A DNA stretch of 64,000 bases, taken from positions 109,926,001 to 109,990,000 of the forward strand of contig OZ024745.1 in NCBI GenBank assembly GCA_964016885.1, read 5' to 3'. Both the position numbers and the translations under genes were made by a program. Below the pieces are notes generated by a model. It saw only the letters and a list, made by a program, of their open reading frames with translations, was not told where the DNA came from and searched no databases. How positions within the stretch are numbered: the first letter of the stretch is position 1; every line of letters starts with the position of its first letter. This document shows positions 25,717 to 37,922 of the stretch, one piece after another. The stretch comes from Eledone cirrhosa. Its lineage: Eukaryota.

Positions 25717-26483
25717 AAGCTTGGTAATAGGCCCACCAAAGCTGGTAATAAGCACATAACAGATGTGAAATGTAGGCTCCAAAAGCTGGTAATAAGCACA
25801 TAACAGATGTGAAATGTAGGCTCCCAAAGCTGGTAATAAGCACACAACAGATGTGAAATGTAGGCTCCCAAAGCTGGTAATAAGCACACAACAGATGTGA
25901 AATGTAGGCTCCCAAAGCTGGTAATAGGTCCATGCCAGATGTGAAATGTAGGCTCCCAAAGCTGGTAATAGGTCCATGCCAGATGTGAAATGTAGGCTCC
26001 CAAAGCTGGTAATAGGTCCATGCCAGATGTGAAATGTAGGCTCCCAAAGCTGGTAATAGGTCCATGCCAGATGTGAAATGTAGGCTCCCAAAGCTGCTAA
26101 TAAGCCCATGCCAGATGTGGAATGTAAGTTTCCAAAGCTGGTAGTAGGCCCATGCCAGATGTGAAATCTAGGCCCCTGAAGCTGGTAACAGACACATGCT
26201 TGATGTGAAATGTAGGCTCCCAAAGCTGGTAATAGTCCCATATTTGATGTGAAATGTAGGCTCCCAAAGCTGGTAATAGCTCCATGCTTGGTGTGAAATG
26301 TAAGTTTTCAAAGCTGGTAATAGGCCCATATTTGATGTGAAATGTAGGCTCCCAAAACTGGCAATAACTCCATGCTTGGTGTGAAATGTAGGCTCTCAAA
26401 GCTGGTAATAGCCCCATGCTTGGTGTGAAATGTAGGCTCCCAAAGCTGGTAATAGGCCCATGCTTGATGTAAAATGTAAGCTC
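25717..26483. repeat. 44-bp minisatellite, ~17 units
   Basis: Unit AAAGCTGGTAATAGGTCCATGCCAGATGTGAAATGTAGGCTCCC; period 44 (25871, 25915, 25959). Confidence 0.95.
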
Positions 26484-26939
26484 TGTTTCAAACTGCACAT
26501 TATGTGTTCAAATAGTCAAAGCTAAATATACATGACTTATGTATGGATTACACATATAAACATGGTCTACATATAAGTAACAAAATAGAATACAAGAACT
26601 AAAACTTTAGGGTGGGTCTTGTCCTACCCACTTCTGCTTTGCTTTGTAAATGAGAAAGGCCTCTCCACGTTGTAGTGTTTATGTTGTTGCTAATCAGTGG
26701 TTAAAGCAATTTTCATTATGTTACTTAACATATGTCTTTTGGCTAAAGCTAAAGATCAATATTCCAGACTTTTATTAGACCCTCATATTGTTAATTAGAG
26801 TTCTACTAAACAAGTACATTTTATAATGTATTAAGATATCTGGTGTTAAAACAGAATATTTAGTGAAGTTACTTAACATTTGACATCTCAGGATTTTGAT
26901 GACTTAGAGTCAAAGACATATCGAAAAATCCCTTTTGTA

Positions 26940-28300
26940 ATCATCATCATTTTAACATTCATTTTCTCCATGCTGCCATAGGGCTGGCTGAATCTGCAAT
27001 ACATCACTTAATCCATCTCAATCCTGGAGTGTTTCATCTATGAGGCATAGCATTCTCAAACCTGATTTAATTACATCATCTCAAGTTGACCTCTAGCTAT
27101 GGGTATCTTCCATCACTAAGCCACAGCATGTTTTCACTACTTGTAATAGCCATTCATGCAAGCTGTACAAAATACAGGCCATACATCAGCCAATATTTTG
27201 TGATGCTTAGGTGCTTCCTCAAATCACTCACATTCAGCCTTTCTCACAAGATTATATACAATATTCAATGGACCATATTTAACAAATTCTGTTTCAGTTA
27301 GTACAGATACTTCAAATTCAATGTTCATGCTTCACTACAGCTTCATACTTACATGTACATTATAATGTGGTATTCACATAGAGAAACTGTTGTCAATAAT
27401 AATAGGAGTTTAACCAAATTTCTTTCATTGTCCTTAAACCAATGGCCCTATGTTATGATTATGTTGAAGCTATCTTTATATAACTCTGTACTTTTGTATC
27501 TCTTTTTCAATCTGTCAGTCATAAGTCTCTCTTTGATTGTATGCACTAATCATTCAGCATCAAGCTTCTTTATAGTGCCTGACTGCACATTTGAAAAATC
27601 TACTTCTAGATGCTATTGAGCTTTTGTGGCTCTTCCTACAAAAGAGCCACATAGTCTTGACCGTTTTCAGCTTGAGGTCTTTTGAATAAAATCTTGTTTG
27701 TAAGTTTTAACATTTTCCTGCACCTCCAGAGTAGAATGTTTTGTCCATATCAGATCATCAGCAACTGTTTGTAATAACATTCTGAGTACTCTCACTGTCG
27801 ACACCATAGATTTGAGGGAAGCAGCCACTAATACCTTTATTACTACCTTTTCTCGGTTAGTACTAGTACAGCTTCTGTAAAGCCAAAGATCTCAGCAAAA
27901 TCAAAACCTTTGGCCCTGTCTAGCACAAAAAAACCCAGAGCTATGTTGCTTATCTGTGGTTTTCATTTATTTTATATTGATGTGAACAAAAGTTTCCTGA
28001 ACATGCCATTGTAAGCTGTGTTATCAGGACTCTATCTAATCTAGATTCTATTAAATCTGGTGTACTTCAAAGTTTAATTATGTCCCTATACTTCTTATTC
28101 TGTACATTAATAATCCTCTGCTATATTTATAACCACACACACTCCTATGCAATTGAAGCTACCTTTCACTTCTTGTAACTTTCTACCACATTCACATGTT
28201 ACCTAGTAACATTGAGCCAGATTTGCACTAAAATTACCCTCCAACAAGAAAATGTTTCACCTACACCAACACTACATATAAAAGAAACAATCTAGGAACA
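26940..28300 (-). pseudogene. Highly eroded RTE LINE
   Basis: Minus-strand remnants ADDL (~27760), SKDLKLKTVKT and SEA*TLN; (GAT)n tail at 26940; upstream boundary uncertain. Confidence 0.5.
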
Positions 28301-28769
28301 GTATTTCCTTCATATTTAGAAGCAACTCACAATTAAAACCCTAAAAATCATTACAAATGGTAGAACATTCAATTGCCAATAATCTTTAATGGTAAAACAA
28401 AGATCTATAACTGTCAAAACTGCTTCCCAAAGACTAAGGTTTACCTTCAAAGGCAGAAAATACTTCAGCTCTGATCAGTTGCTGACACTCTACAATGCAT
28501 AAGCAAGAGTCATATTGGAGTGCTTCTCATACACCTGGGACAATGCTGCAACTACACACATAAATATCCTAGATAACATCACTCTGATTAATCGACAAGA
28601 TCTTAGACCTCATTCGTTTGCCGAGTGGGGTGGAACAACAATAACAATAACCCACCATCATGTAAAGGCCTGAACATTTTGTCAACATGGTTCCTTCTCC
28701 TTTCACTAAAACTAAAGAAAAAGAATGAAAAGACCACACTGGTGTCAATTTTGATTCATACCATATATA

Positions 28770-28903
28770 ATCCAGCCATAGTAACCAAGCCAAAATCAGT
28801 TCTGTGTGAGCAAAACACAATCCTCTGACCTGGCTGTCTCACAATGGGACAACACCTCTAACCCATGTTAGCATGGAAAATGGACGTTAAACGATGATGA
28901 TGA
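28770..28903 (+). mobile_element. RTE/SINE 3' tail fragment
   Basis: CTAACCCATGTTAGCATGGAAAATGGACGTTAAACGATGATGATGA. Confidence 0.8.
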
Positions 28904-29321
28904 CTTATATTGAACAGATGTGTACAAGGAAAAGAGACTTTGAGAATATTCACTTAATTTACTAAGGTATTTATGTAAATGATAAAGATATTGAAGCTTT
29001 GTAGTCTTAAATATATCTTAACATTGATTCTACTTTAAATTACTGAAAGATAGAATGCTTAAAACATGTAGAAATACTCCTGATAATACATCAACATTTG
29101 ATGATGAGGTATGTAACCAGACCTGCCACTAGGATTTCTTGCTCAGGCAGATTCATAGCATTTTGGGTGACTATTCTAATTTGCAATAATTCTAAAATGG
29201 AGGTCTGAAATAAGCATATCACTGTAAATTTTTCTGAATCTGAGGATCCACTATTGAAAAGTAAGGCAACATTGCCATCCAGTGCCACAGCTCCTGGTGA
29301 TGTGCTTGCATGTAACTTATA

Positions 29322-29569
29322 TTAACCCATTAGCATTTACATTACTCCATATATGCTATTGTATTTTCACAGTAAAGACTTTACCTTACATAATTATCTC
29401 ACATAATATTGAATCTATGAGATTTTGATATTATTATTTTTTTTTTTTTTAGTACAATACCTTAACGTTGATAACCATCTTAACATTGATAAGATGGTTA
29501 TGTCTGGTTTGAACACATAGAGGTGAGAGAATTCTGGCCGGATATGGCCAGTTTAAATGGTAAGTTTAA
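29322..29569. mobile_element. MITE family C
   Basis: TTAA-CCCATTAGCATTTA ... TGGCCGGATATGGCCAGTTTAAATG. Confidence 0.8.
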
Positions 29570-30396
29570 TGGTTTAAATGATAAGGCTCATGCAAGATAA
29601 ATGTTGCTTCCTAATGACAAGAGTTAGGTAGTATAATGATCATCAGGATATTTTAACAATAGTTATATACCTAATATAAAATAACAGTAACAAGCATTTT
29701 ATGGCCATCTTCCCTGCTAAAGCAGGAGTGAGCCATCTAAACTCTGTGAGAAGTTTCATACCCATTATGAGGTCCTTTTTAAGGCAATAATTTATGGCTG
29801 GGTACCTTTCTTAGTACCAACATTTTTGGGTTGTATCTATTCCAAATGAGATTGCCACCACACCACACCATCCCACCCCACAAAAAAAAAAACTCATAAA
29901 TGTTAGCTAACTCCAGTTTACCAGGAAGAACTGTAGCAATAGATGCAACCATGGCAATATTTATTAGCAGTAGCAAATACTGTAAAACTTCAACTACATC
30001 ATCACTATTGTTGTATCAATAATACCAACAACATTAACACCAGTAACAACAACAATATAAAAAAAAAACAAGCAGCGATATGGAAAAAAAAAAAAAACTG
30101 CCCTAAAAAAACTAACCATATGCAAAAAAATAAATAGATAATAAAAAAAAAAGTCTGAAACCATAAAACATCAACAACAAGAGGAAGCAGAAAGTAGTTA
30201 GCAACCAAAAGGGGACATAATAGTGAGCCTGAAATGCCAGGTGTCGCCAGTGTGGCTGTCTTGATAAATGTCCCCATCCTAGTGATGACCAAAACATTGA
30301 ATATAGAGTTAAATATTTAAAAGATTATCTGTTCAAGTGTTAATTGGAAGTAATAAATATTTAATTTGACAATAGCTAACATCTGAGGTTTCATAT

Positions 30397-30427
<31 letters not shown>

Positions 30428-30904
30428 AGTACGTGCATTTCTGTGTGTGTATCTGTGTGGGTATAAATGCTGCAGTGTTACACCACCCGGGTAGATATTT
30501 CTGTAGCCTTTACTATTTCTATAAACATACATACATAAATACATACATACATACACTTATATACATACATACATACATACATACATACATACATACATAC
30601 ATACACACATTTACATTCATATACACACACACACACATACCCACACATACACACACACATACATACATACACATACACACACATACATACATACACATAT
30701 ACATACACACATATACTCACACATACATACATATACTCATACATACATACATATATATATATATATACATATCTATATATGGCTATGTATGAGGTATGGG
30801 GGTATTTGAGGTGTGTTTCTATGCATATGAGTCCATGTACAAAAATTGGTTGTGTATAAACATGAGTATTACTGTGTGGTTATATGTAAATATGTGTGTA
30901 GGTG

Positions 30905-31085
30905 ATATATATATATAGATATTTGTATGAATATGTTTGTATGAATATGTTTGTATATATATATATACAAACACATTCATACAAATGTATATATATATAT
31001 ATATATATACAAACATATTCATTCAAATATATATATATATATATACAAACATATTCATACAAATATATATATATATACAAACATA

Positions 31086-31120
<35 letters not shown>

Positions 31121-31175
31121 ATGAATATGTTTGCATATATATATATATATATATATTTGTATGAATATGTTTGTA

Positions 31176-31225
<50 letters not shown>

Positions 31226-31538
31226 GTATAATAAACAATACAATATAATTACCTCATTACCAGAGGTTTCTCGAATAAGACGAATACGAAAGAAACGTCC
31301 TCATTCATTCATTGGACAAGGCAATATATATTCGTTCATCGGACATGGCAATATATATAATATATTGCCTTGTCCGACAAACGAATGAGGACATTTCTTT
31401 CGTATTCGTCTTATTCGGGAAACCTCTGGTAATGAGGTAATTATATTGCATTGTTTATTATACATTAAATTTTGCTCTGGTACTTACATAGAGCACTCTT
31501 CACTCCTATGACTTTTTCAATTTTCAACGGAAACTTCA

Positions 31539-31573
<35 letters not shown>

Positions 31574-31952
31574 TACAAACATATTCATACAAATATATAT
31601 ATATATATATATATACAAACATATTCATACAAACATATATATATATACAAACATATTCATACAAATATATATATATATATATTTGTATGAATATGTTTCT
31701 ATATATATATATATTTATACATTTATATATATATATATATATTTGTATGAATATGTTTCTATATATATATATAATAATATATGTTTGTATGAATATATAT
31801 ATATATATATATATTTGTATGAATATGTTTGTATGAATATATATATATATATATATATATTTGTATGAATATGTTTGTATGAATATATATATATATATAT
31901 ATATTTGTATGAATATGTTTGTATGAATATATATATATTTGTATGAATATGT

Positions 31953-32018
<66 letters not shown>

Positions 32019-32075
32019 TTGTATGAATATGTTTGTGTGTATATATATATATATATATATGCAAGTTTGTAAACA
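30905..32075. repeat. (TA)n satellite with TTTGTATGAATATGTTTG units in both orientations
   Basis: Forward and reverse-complement blocks alternate. Confidence 0.9.
31222..31541. mobile_element. Long-hairpin + tail element (family G) in (TA)n
   Basis: ~108-bp inverted arms 31222-31329 and 31361-31467, plus a unique 74-bp tail 31468-31541. Confidence 0.7.
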
Positions 32076-32286
32076 CATCTATTTTCATGAAAGAGACAGA
32101 GGGGGAGAAAGAGAGAGAAGACAGAGGGAGGTGTGAGTATGTGTGTATATTACTCTTTCTTGTATACCTCATCCTTTCTATAGAATAAGAATTAGATTTA
32201 AACAAAGCATACAAGATACATTTGTTGGTATTTAGATTTTAACTTCAGTTAATTTCATGTATGTATAAATATGAATGAGCAGAGAT

Positions 32287-32688
32287 AATTGTTTCTACTT
32301 TTGGCACAAGGCCAGCAATTACCCAGTGCATTACTGGTACTTTATTTTATCGACCCTGTAAGGATGAAAGGCAAAGTTAACCTCGGCGGGATTTGAACTC
32401 AGAATGGCAAGGGCCGTAACTCTATGCATCAAAGCATGGTGTCCGACCCTCTACCAATACTGCCAATCCAAGGGTAGTAATTGTTTCTACTTTTGGCACA
32501 AGGCCAGCAAATACCCAGTGCATTACTGGTACTTTATTTTATCGACCCCGTAAGGATGAAAGGCAAAGTTAACCTCGGCGGGATTTGAACTCAGAATGGC
32601 AAGGGCCGTAACTCTATGCATCAAAGCATGGTGTCCGACCCTCTACCAATACTGCCAATCCACCACCCTCACTGCCAATCCACCGCCC
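32287..32688 (-). mobile_element. Tandem pair of nearly identical family A SINEs
   Basis: 32287-32470 and 32478-32688 share diagnostic variants; the 5' end is locally duplicated. Confidence 0.9.
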
Positions 32689-33544
32689 TAATAATAAAGA
32701 GAGAACTTGGTTGAGAAGTGAAATAAATAAAAGTATAACAGTGAGCAAGACAAAATAGAGAGATATGAGCTGGTTGTTTTGCGTATTGAACTGGGCATTA
32801 GAATTGACAAAATACATAGCCAAAAGATGTTGAACCATTCAAAGTAACCATATTGCTTTTGCAGTAGTATATAAACACTGTTAGTGTTTATACTGGGCAA
32901 TGTATTTGTCGATGTCTCAATGAGAACAGAACAGAAAATAACAACAAGGATAAAGAAGGAAGTTGAGGAGTGAAAAAGTAAACTTGAAGCAGATCTAGGG
33001 GCAGAAGAAAGAGGTCAGAATCAATAGAAAAATTGGGGATGAAGAAAACGTTGTGAGACGAGAAGAAGAAGAAGGAAAGATGAGAAGAAAGAAAAGGTGA
33101 AAGCTGAGAAAAAGCAGTATAGACAGAATAAGGAGAATAATGGTAATAATGATACTAATGTGACAATATGTATCGGTAAGCAATAGAGCAATAGTGAAGA
33201 AATAATTGGCTTCATATCAAAGAGGTGAAGCCATCATGTAAAGAAGGACAGAAATATTGAAGTAAAGTAATAGAAAGAGAATAGAAGAAAAGATGCAAAA
33301 CGTTGCAGAAAGGAGAGAAGTATGGGATAGGAAAAAGAAGGAAATAAAAGAGATGAAACAATGAAATGATAAAATAAGTAAATAAATGAATAAATGAAAA
33401 TAAAAAGACAAGGGAATAAAAATTGAGAAAGTACATGAAGGAAATTGAAAAAGACTGAGAAAGAATTATAAGAATGAGAGAAGAGAAAGAAAAAATAGAA
33501 TGATTACAGTTTGAAATATAGAAGACAAGAATTTATTACACACA

Positions 33545-33822
33545 CATATATATATATATACATAGTGATAAACATACATATATGTATGAAGCTCTCCCTC
33601 TCTCTCGCTCAATATATATATATATATTTGTGTGTGTATGTGTTTATATATGTGTGTGTGTGTGTATATATGTGTGTGTATATATATATATATGTGTGTG
33701 TGTATATATATATATATGTGTGTGTATATATGTATGTGTGTGTGTATATATATATATGTATGTGTGTATGTATATATATATATGTATGTGTGTGTGTATA
33801 TATATATGTGTGTGTGTGTATA

Positions 33823-33861
<39 letters not shown>

Positions 33862-34036
33862 ATATATATATATGTATGTGTATATATATATGTATGTGTA
33901 TATATATATGTATGTGTATATATATATATATGTGTATATATATATATATGTATGTGTATATATATATATATGTATGTGTGTATATATATATATATATGTA
34001 TGTGTGTGTACATATATATATATGTATGTATGTATG

Positions 34037-34067
<31 letters not shown>

Positions 34068-34254
34068 ATATATATATGTGTGTGTGTATGTATATGTATG
34101 TGTGTGTGTATATATATATATGTGTGTGTGTGTATGTGTGTGTATTTATATATATATGTGTGTGTATATATATGTGTGTATATATATGTGTGTGTGTGTA
34201 TATATATATGTATGTGTGTATATATATATATATATGTGTATATATATGTATGTG

Positions 34255-34287
<33 letters not shown>

Positions 34288-34340
34288 ATATATGTATATA
34301 CATTGTGTATGTGTATTAATATATATATATATATATATAA
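33545..34340. repeat. Mixed (TA)n/(TG)n microsatellite
   Basis: Direct inspection. Confidence 0.95.
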
Positions 34341-34449
34341 GTGTGTGTGATTGCATGAACATATATATGTATATATGCACACATGCATGCACACATTTTC
34401 ACCCACTCCGCATTCACACGAAGGTGGGTAGGGTGGAGAGAGAAAGTCT

Positions 34450-34935
34450 CCACAACCACCAGCACTCCCAACAACCACCAACACAACCACCACCACCAAC
34501 TCACCCGCCAACACAACCACCAACCCACCCAACAACCACCAACCCACCGAACAACCATCAACACCAACACCACCACCAACTCACCCGCCAACACAACTAC
34601 CAACCAACCCAACAACCACCACCACCAACACCTCCACCAACACAACCACCAACTCACCCAACAACCACCAACAAAACCACCATCCACCACCAACCCACCC
34701 AACAAAACCACCATCCACCACCAACCCACCCAACAAAACTACCATCAACCACCAACCCACCCACCCAACAAAACCACCATCCACCACAAACCCACCCAAC
34801 AAAACCACCATCCACCACCAACCCACCCAACAAAATCACATACAACCACCAACCCACCCAACAACAACCACCACAACCACCAACACAACCACCAACCCAC
34901 CTAACAACCAACCAACAACCACAACAACATCCAAC
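34450..34935. repeat. CAC/CAA-rich low-complexity satellite
   Basis: CCACCACCAACCCACCCAACAAAACCACCAT-type units. Confidence 0.9.
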
Positions 34936-35132
34936 CGTAGCAAAAAGCATAAAGAATTGTAAGGTGGAGTTATGAGTGATATCTTCTCTATGTATGTGTA
35001 CAAGACTTATCTTGCTTCACACAGTGCAAAAAGGAAACGGTTGCAGTATGTCTTTGATCTAATGTGTAACTGTCAAAGCAGAAGCAACATGTTGCTCACT
35101 TGGTCTCAAATTGCACGACAAAACAACAAATG

Positions 35133-35997
35133 TTTCTTCTACTTCTCCTTTTTCTTCTTCTTACTTCTACTTCTCCTTCTTTTTCTTTTCTTACTTCTAC
35201 TTCTTTTTCTTTTTCTTACTTCTACTTCTTTTTCTTTTTCTTACTTCTACTTCTTTTTTTTATTTTTCTTACTTCTACTTCTTTTTATTTTTATTTTTCT
35301 TACTTCTACTTCTTTTTCTTTTTCTTACTTCTACTTCTTTTTTTTCTTTTTCTTACTTCTACTTCTACTTCTTTTTCTTACTTCTACTTCTTTTTCTTTT
35401 TCTTACTTCTACTTTTTCTTTTTCTTACTTCTACTTCTACTTCTTTTTCTTACTTCTACTTCTTTTTCTTTTTCTTTTTCTTTTTCTTACTTCTACTTCT
35501 CCTCTTTTTTTTCTTACTTCTACTTCTCCTTCTTTTTCTTTTTCTTACTTCTACTTCTCCTCTTTTTTTTCTTACTTCTACTTCTCCTTTTTCTTTTTCT
35601 TACTTCTACTTCTCCTCTTTTTTTCTTACTTCTACTTCTCCTTCTTTTTCTTTTTCTTACTTCTACTTCTCCTCTTTTTTTTCTTACTTCTACTTCTCCT
35701 TCTTTTTCTTTTTCTTACTTCTACTTCTCCTCTTTTTTTCTTACTTCTACTTCTCCTTCTTTTTCTTTTTCTTACTTCTACTTCTCCTCTTTTTTTCTTA
35801 CTTCTACTTCTCCTTCTTTTTCTTTTTCTTACTTCTACTTCTCCTCTTTTTTTTCTTACTTCTACTTCTCCTTTTTCTTACTTCTACTTCTTTTTCTTTT
35901 TCTTACTTCTACTTCTCCTTCTTTTTACTTTTCTTACTTCTACTACTACTACTTCTTCTTCTTCATCTTCTTCATCCATTCCACCTCCTTCTTCTAC
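35133..35997. repeat. G-free pyrimidine-rich satellite (TTACTTCTACTTCT + T-run)
   Basis: No G on the + strand for ~865 nt. Confidence 0.95.
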
Positions 35998-36136
35998 GCT
36001 TCTTCTGCCTCCTCCTCCTCCTCCTCCTCCTCTCTTCTATCTATCTATCTCTAACATTAGATGTTTTGCTGTTGTTATGTTAGGTTGTTTTTCTTTGTTT
36101 ATTTATGTGTGTATGTATTTGTATATACATATATAT

Positions 36137-36218
<82 letters not shown>

Positions 36219-36719
36219 ATACATGTATTTATAAATGTGTATATGTTGTTCTATACACATGTTTATGTGTTGTGTGCATGACTATTTCGTGCATGTATGT
36301 ATTTGTATATGCATAGATGTTTATATATATATATATGTATGTGTGTATGTTTTTTTTTCTATACGTGTGTGTTGTGTGTATCACTGTTTCATGTGTGTTT
36401 ATGTGTGCATATGTATGTGTGTGTATTTTATGGTGTGGCGTCACTCTGGGCTGCTTCTTTGTATCTGTGTCATTATAACCCCTTCCTTATTACAGTTACT
36501 ATGAATAAATGGCATAGTGATAGTGGTGGTGGTAAAAGTATATGATAATGGTGATGATGATGATGATGATGATGATGATAAAAAAAAATATGAAGATGGC
36601 GTTAATGATGATCATCATCATCATATCAATGACAATGATGATGATGATGAGGAGGAAGAAGAGGGTGTTGGTGCTGATGGGTGAATGATGATGACAATGG
36701 TAATTATAGTAGATATAAT

Positions 36720-37047
36720 TGTTTCTACTGTTTGGCACAAGGCCAGCAATTATCCCAGTGTATTACTGGTACTTTATTTTATCGACCCCGTAAGGATGAA
36801 AGGCAAAGTTAACCTCGGCGGGATTTGAACTCAGACCATAAAGGGCCGCAACTCCTTGCTGCAAAGCATGGCGTCCTACCCTCTACCGATACTGCCAATC
36901 CACCGCCTATATAGTAGATATAATAATTGTTTCTACTTTTGGCACAAGGCCACAATTAACCCCAGTGTATTACTGGTACTTTATTTTATCGACCCCCGTA
37001 AGGATGAAAGGCAAAGTTTACCTTGGCGGGATTTGAACTCAGAATGG
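36720..37047 (-). mobile_element. Two family A SINEs (one full, one 5'-truncated) at one target site
   Basis: TATAGTAGATATAAT at 36705, 36910 and 37054 brackets both copies. Confidence 0.9.
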
Positions 37048-37340
37048 TGTATATATAGTAGATATAATAATAGTAGGTCGATACAGGTGGTGCTGGTGGG
37101 GATGGTGTGATGGTAAAAATTATCCAGTGGTGATGGTGAGTACTTGTGTGTATGTGTGTATATGTGTGATTGTATGTGTATGTGTGCTTGTGTGTATATG
37201 TGTGCTTGTGTGTATATGTGTGCTTGTGTGTATGTGTGTGCTTGTGTGTGTGTGTGTGTGTATGTGGCCATGGTGATCTTGCTGTTGATGTTAGGGATAG
37301 TGGTAGAATAAGTGGTGATGGTGGTGGTAGGTGATGTAAT

Positions 37341-37604
37341 TGTGAGATATATATATATATAAAGTTATGTTGGTACCACAACATCCAGTCCGAAACAAAT
37401 GAGGTTGTGTAGGTAACACGGTAAAAACCTCCCAATCCACACTGTAAACGGGGTTGGTGTTAGAAAGGGCATCCAGCCGTAGAAAACCCGCCAGACAGTC
37501 CTATATGAGCAAGACAACCCATCTTGCCTCAAGTGGGAAAATTCCCGTCCAAACCCATGCTAGCGTGGAAGATGGACGTTAAACGATGATGATGATGATG
37601 ATGA
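37341..37604 (+). mobile_element. RTE LINE 3'-UTR fragment
   Basis: Closely matches 53587-53887, which follows an RTE ORF; (GAT)n tail. Confidence 0.8.
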
Positions 37605-37756
37605 AGGAATGGCAATGGTGGTGATGGATTAAAAAAGGAAACAAACTCTTAACTTCTGAAGGATTGTAGGTGTGCCGTCTTCGGTCATTTAAACCTGGTA
37701 GATCTCATCCACCCCCAGATCTGAAGAAGGATGATTTCTAGATAGATAGACAAGTA

Positions 37757-37922
37757 TTCATTTCATTTTACGTCCACTGTTCCCTGCTTGCAAGGGTGGG
37801 ACGGGAACTGATTCTGGTTTGATTTCTACAGCTGGATGCCCTTCGTAACACCAACATCATTTACAGTGAGTGCTGGGTGCTTTTTTGCCGTGGCACCTAC
37901 ACGACCACACAGGGACCCCAGT
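37757..37922 (-). mobile_element. CORE-SINE 3' half fused to the RTE LINE
   Basis: GGACTGGGGTCCCT..GGTGCCACGGCAAAAAAGCACCCAGC..GGGCATCCAGCTG; same subfamily as 17071-17210. Confidence 0.8.

Noticed and set aside
34972-36316. F/L/S-rich 'membrane protein' ORFs
   Set aside because: The G-free pyrimidine satellite contains no stop codons; all three frames are open.
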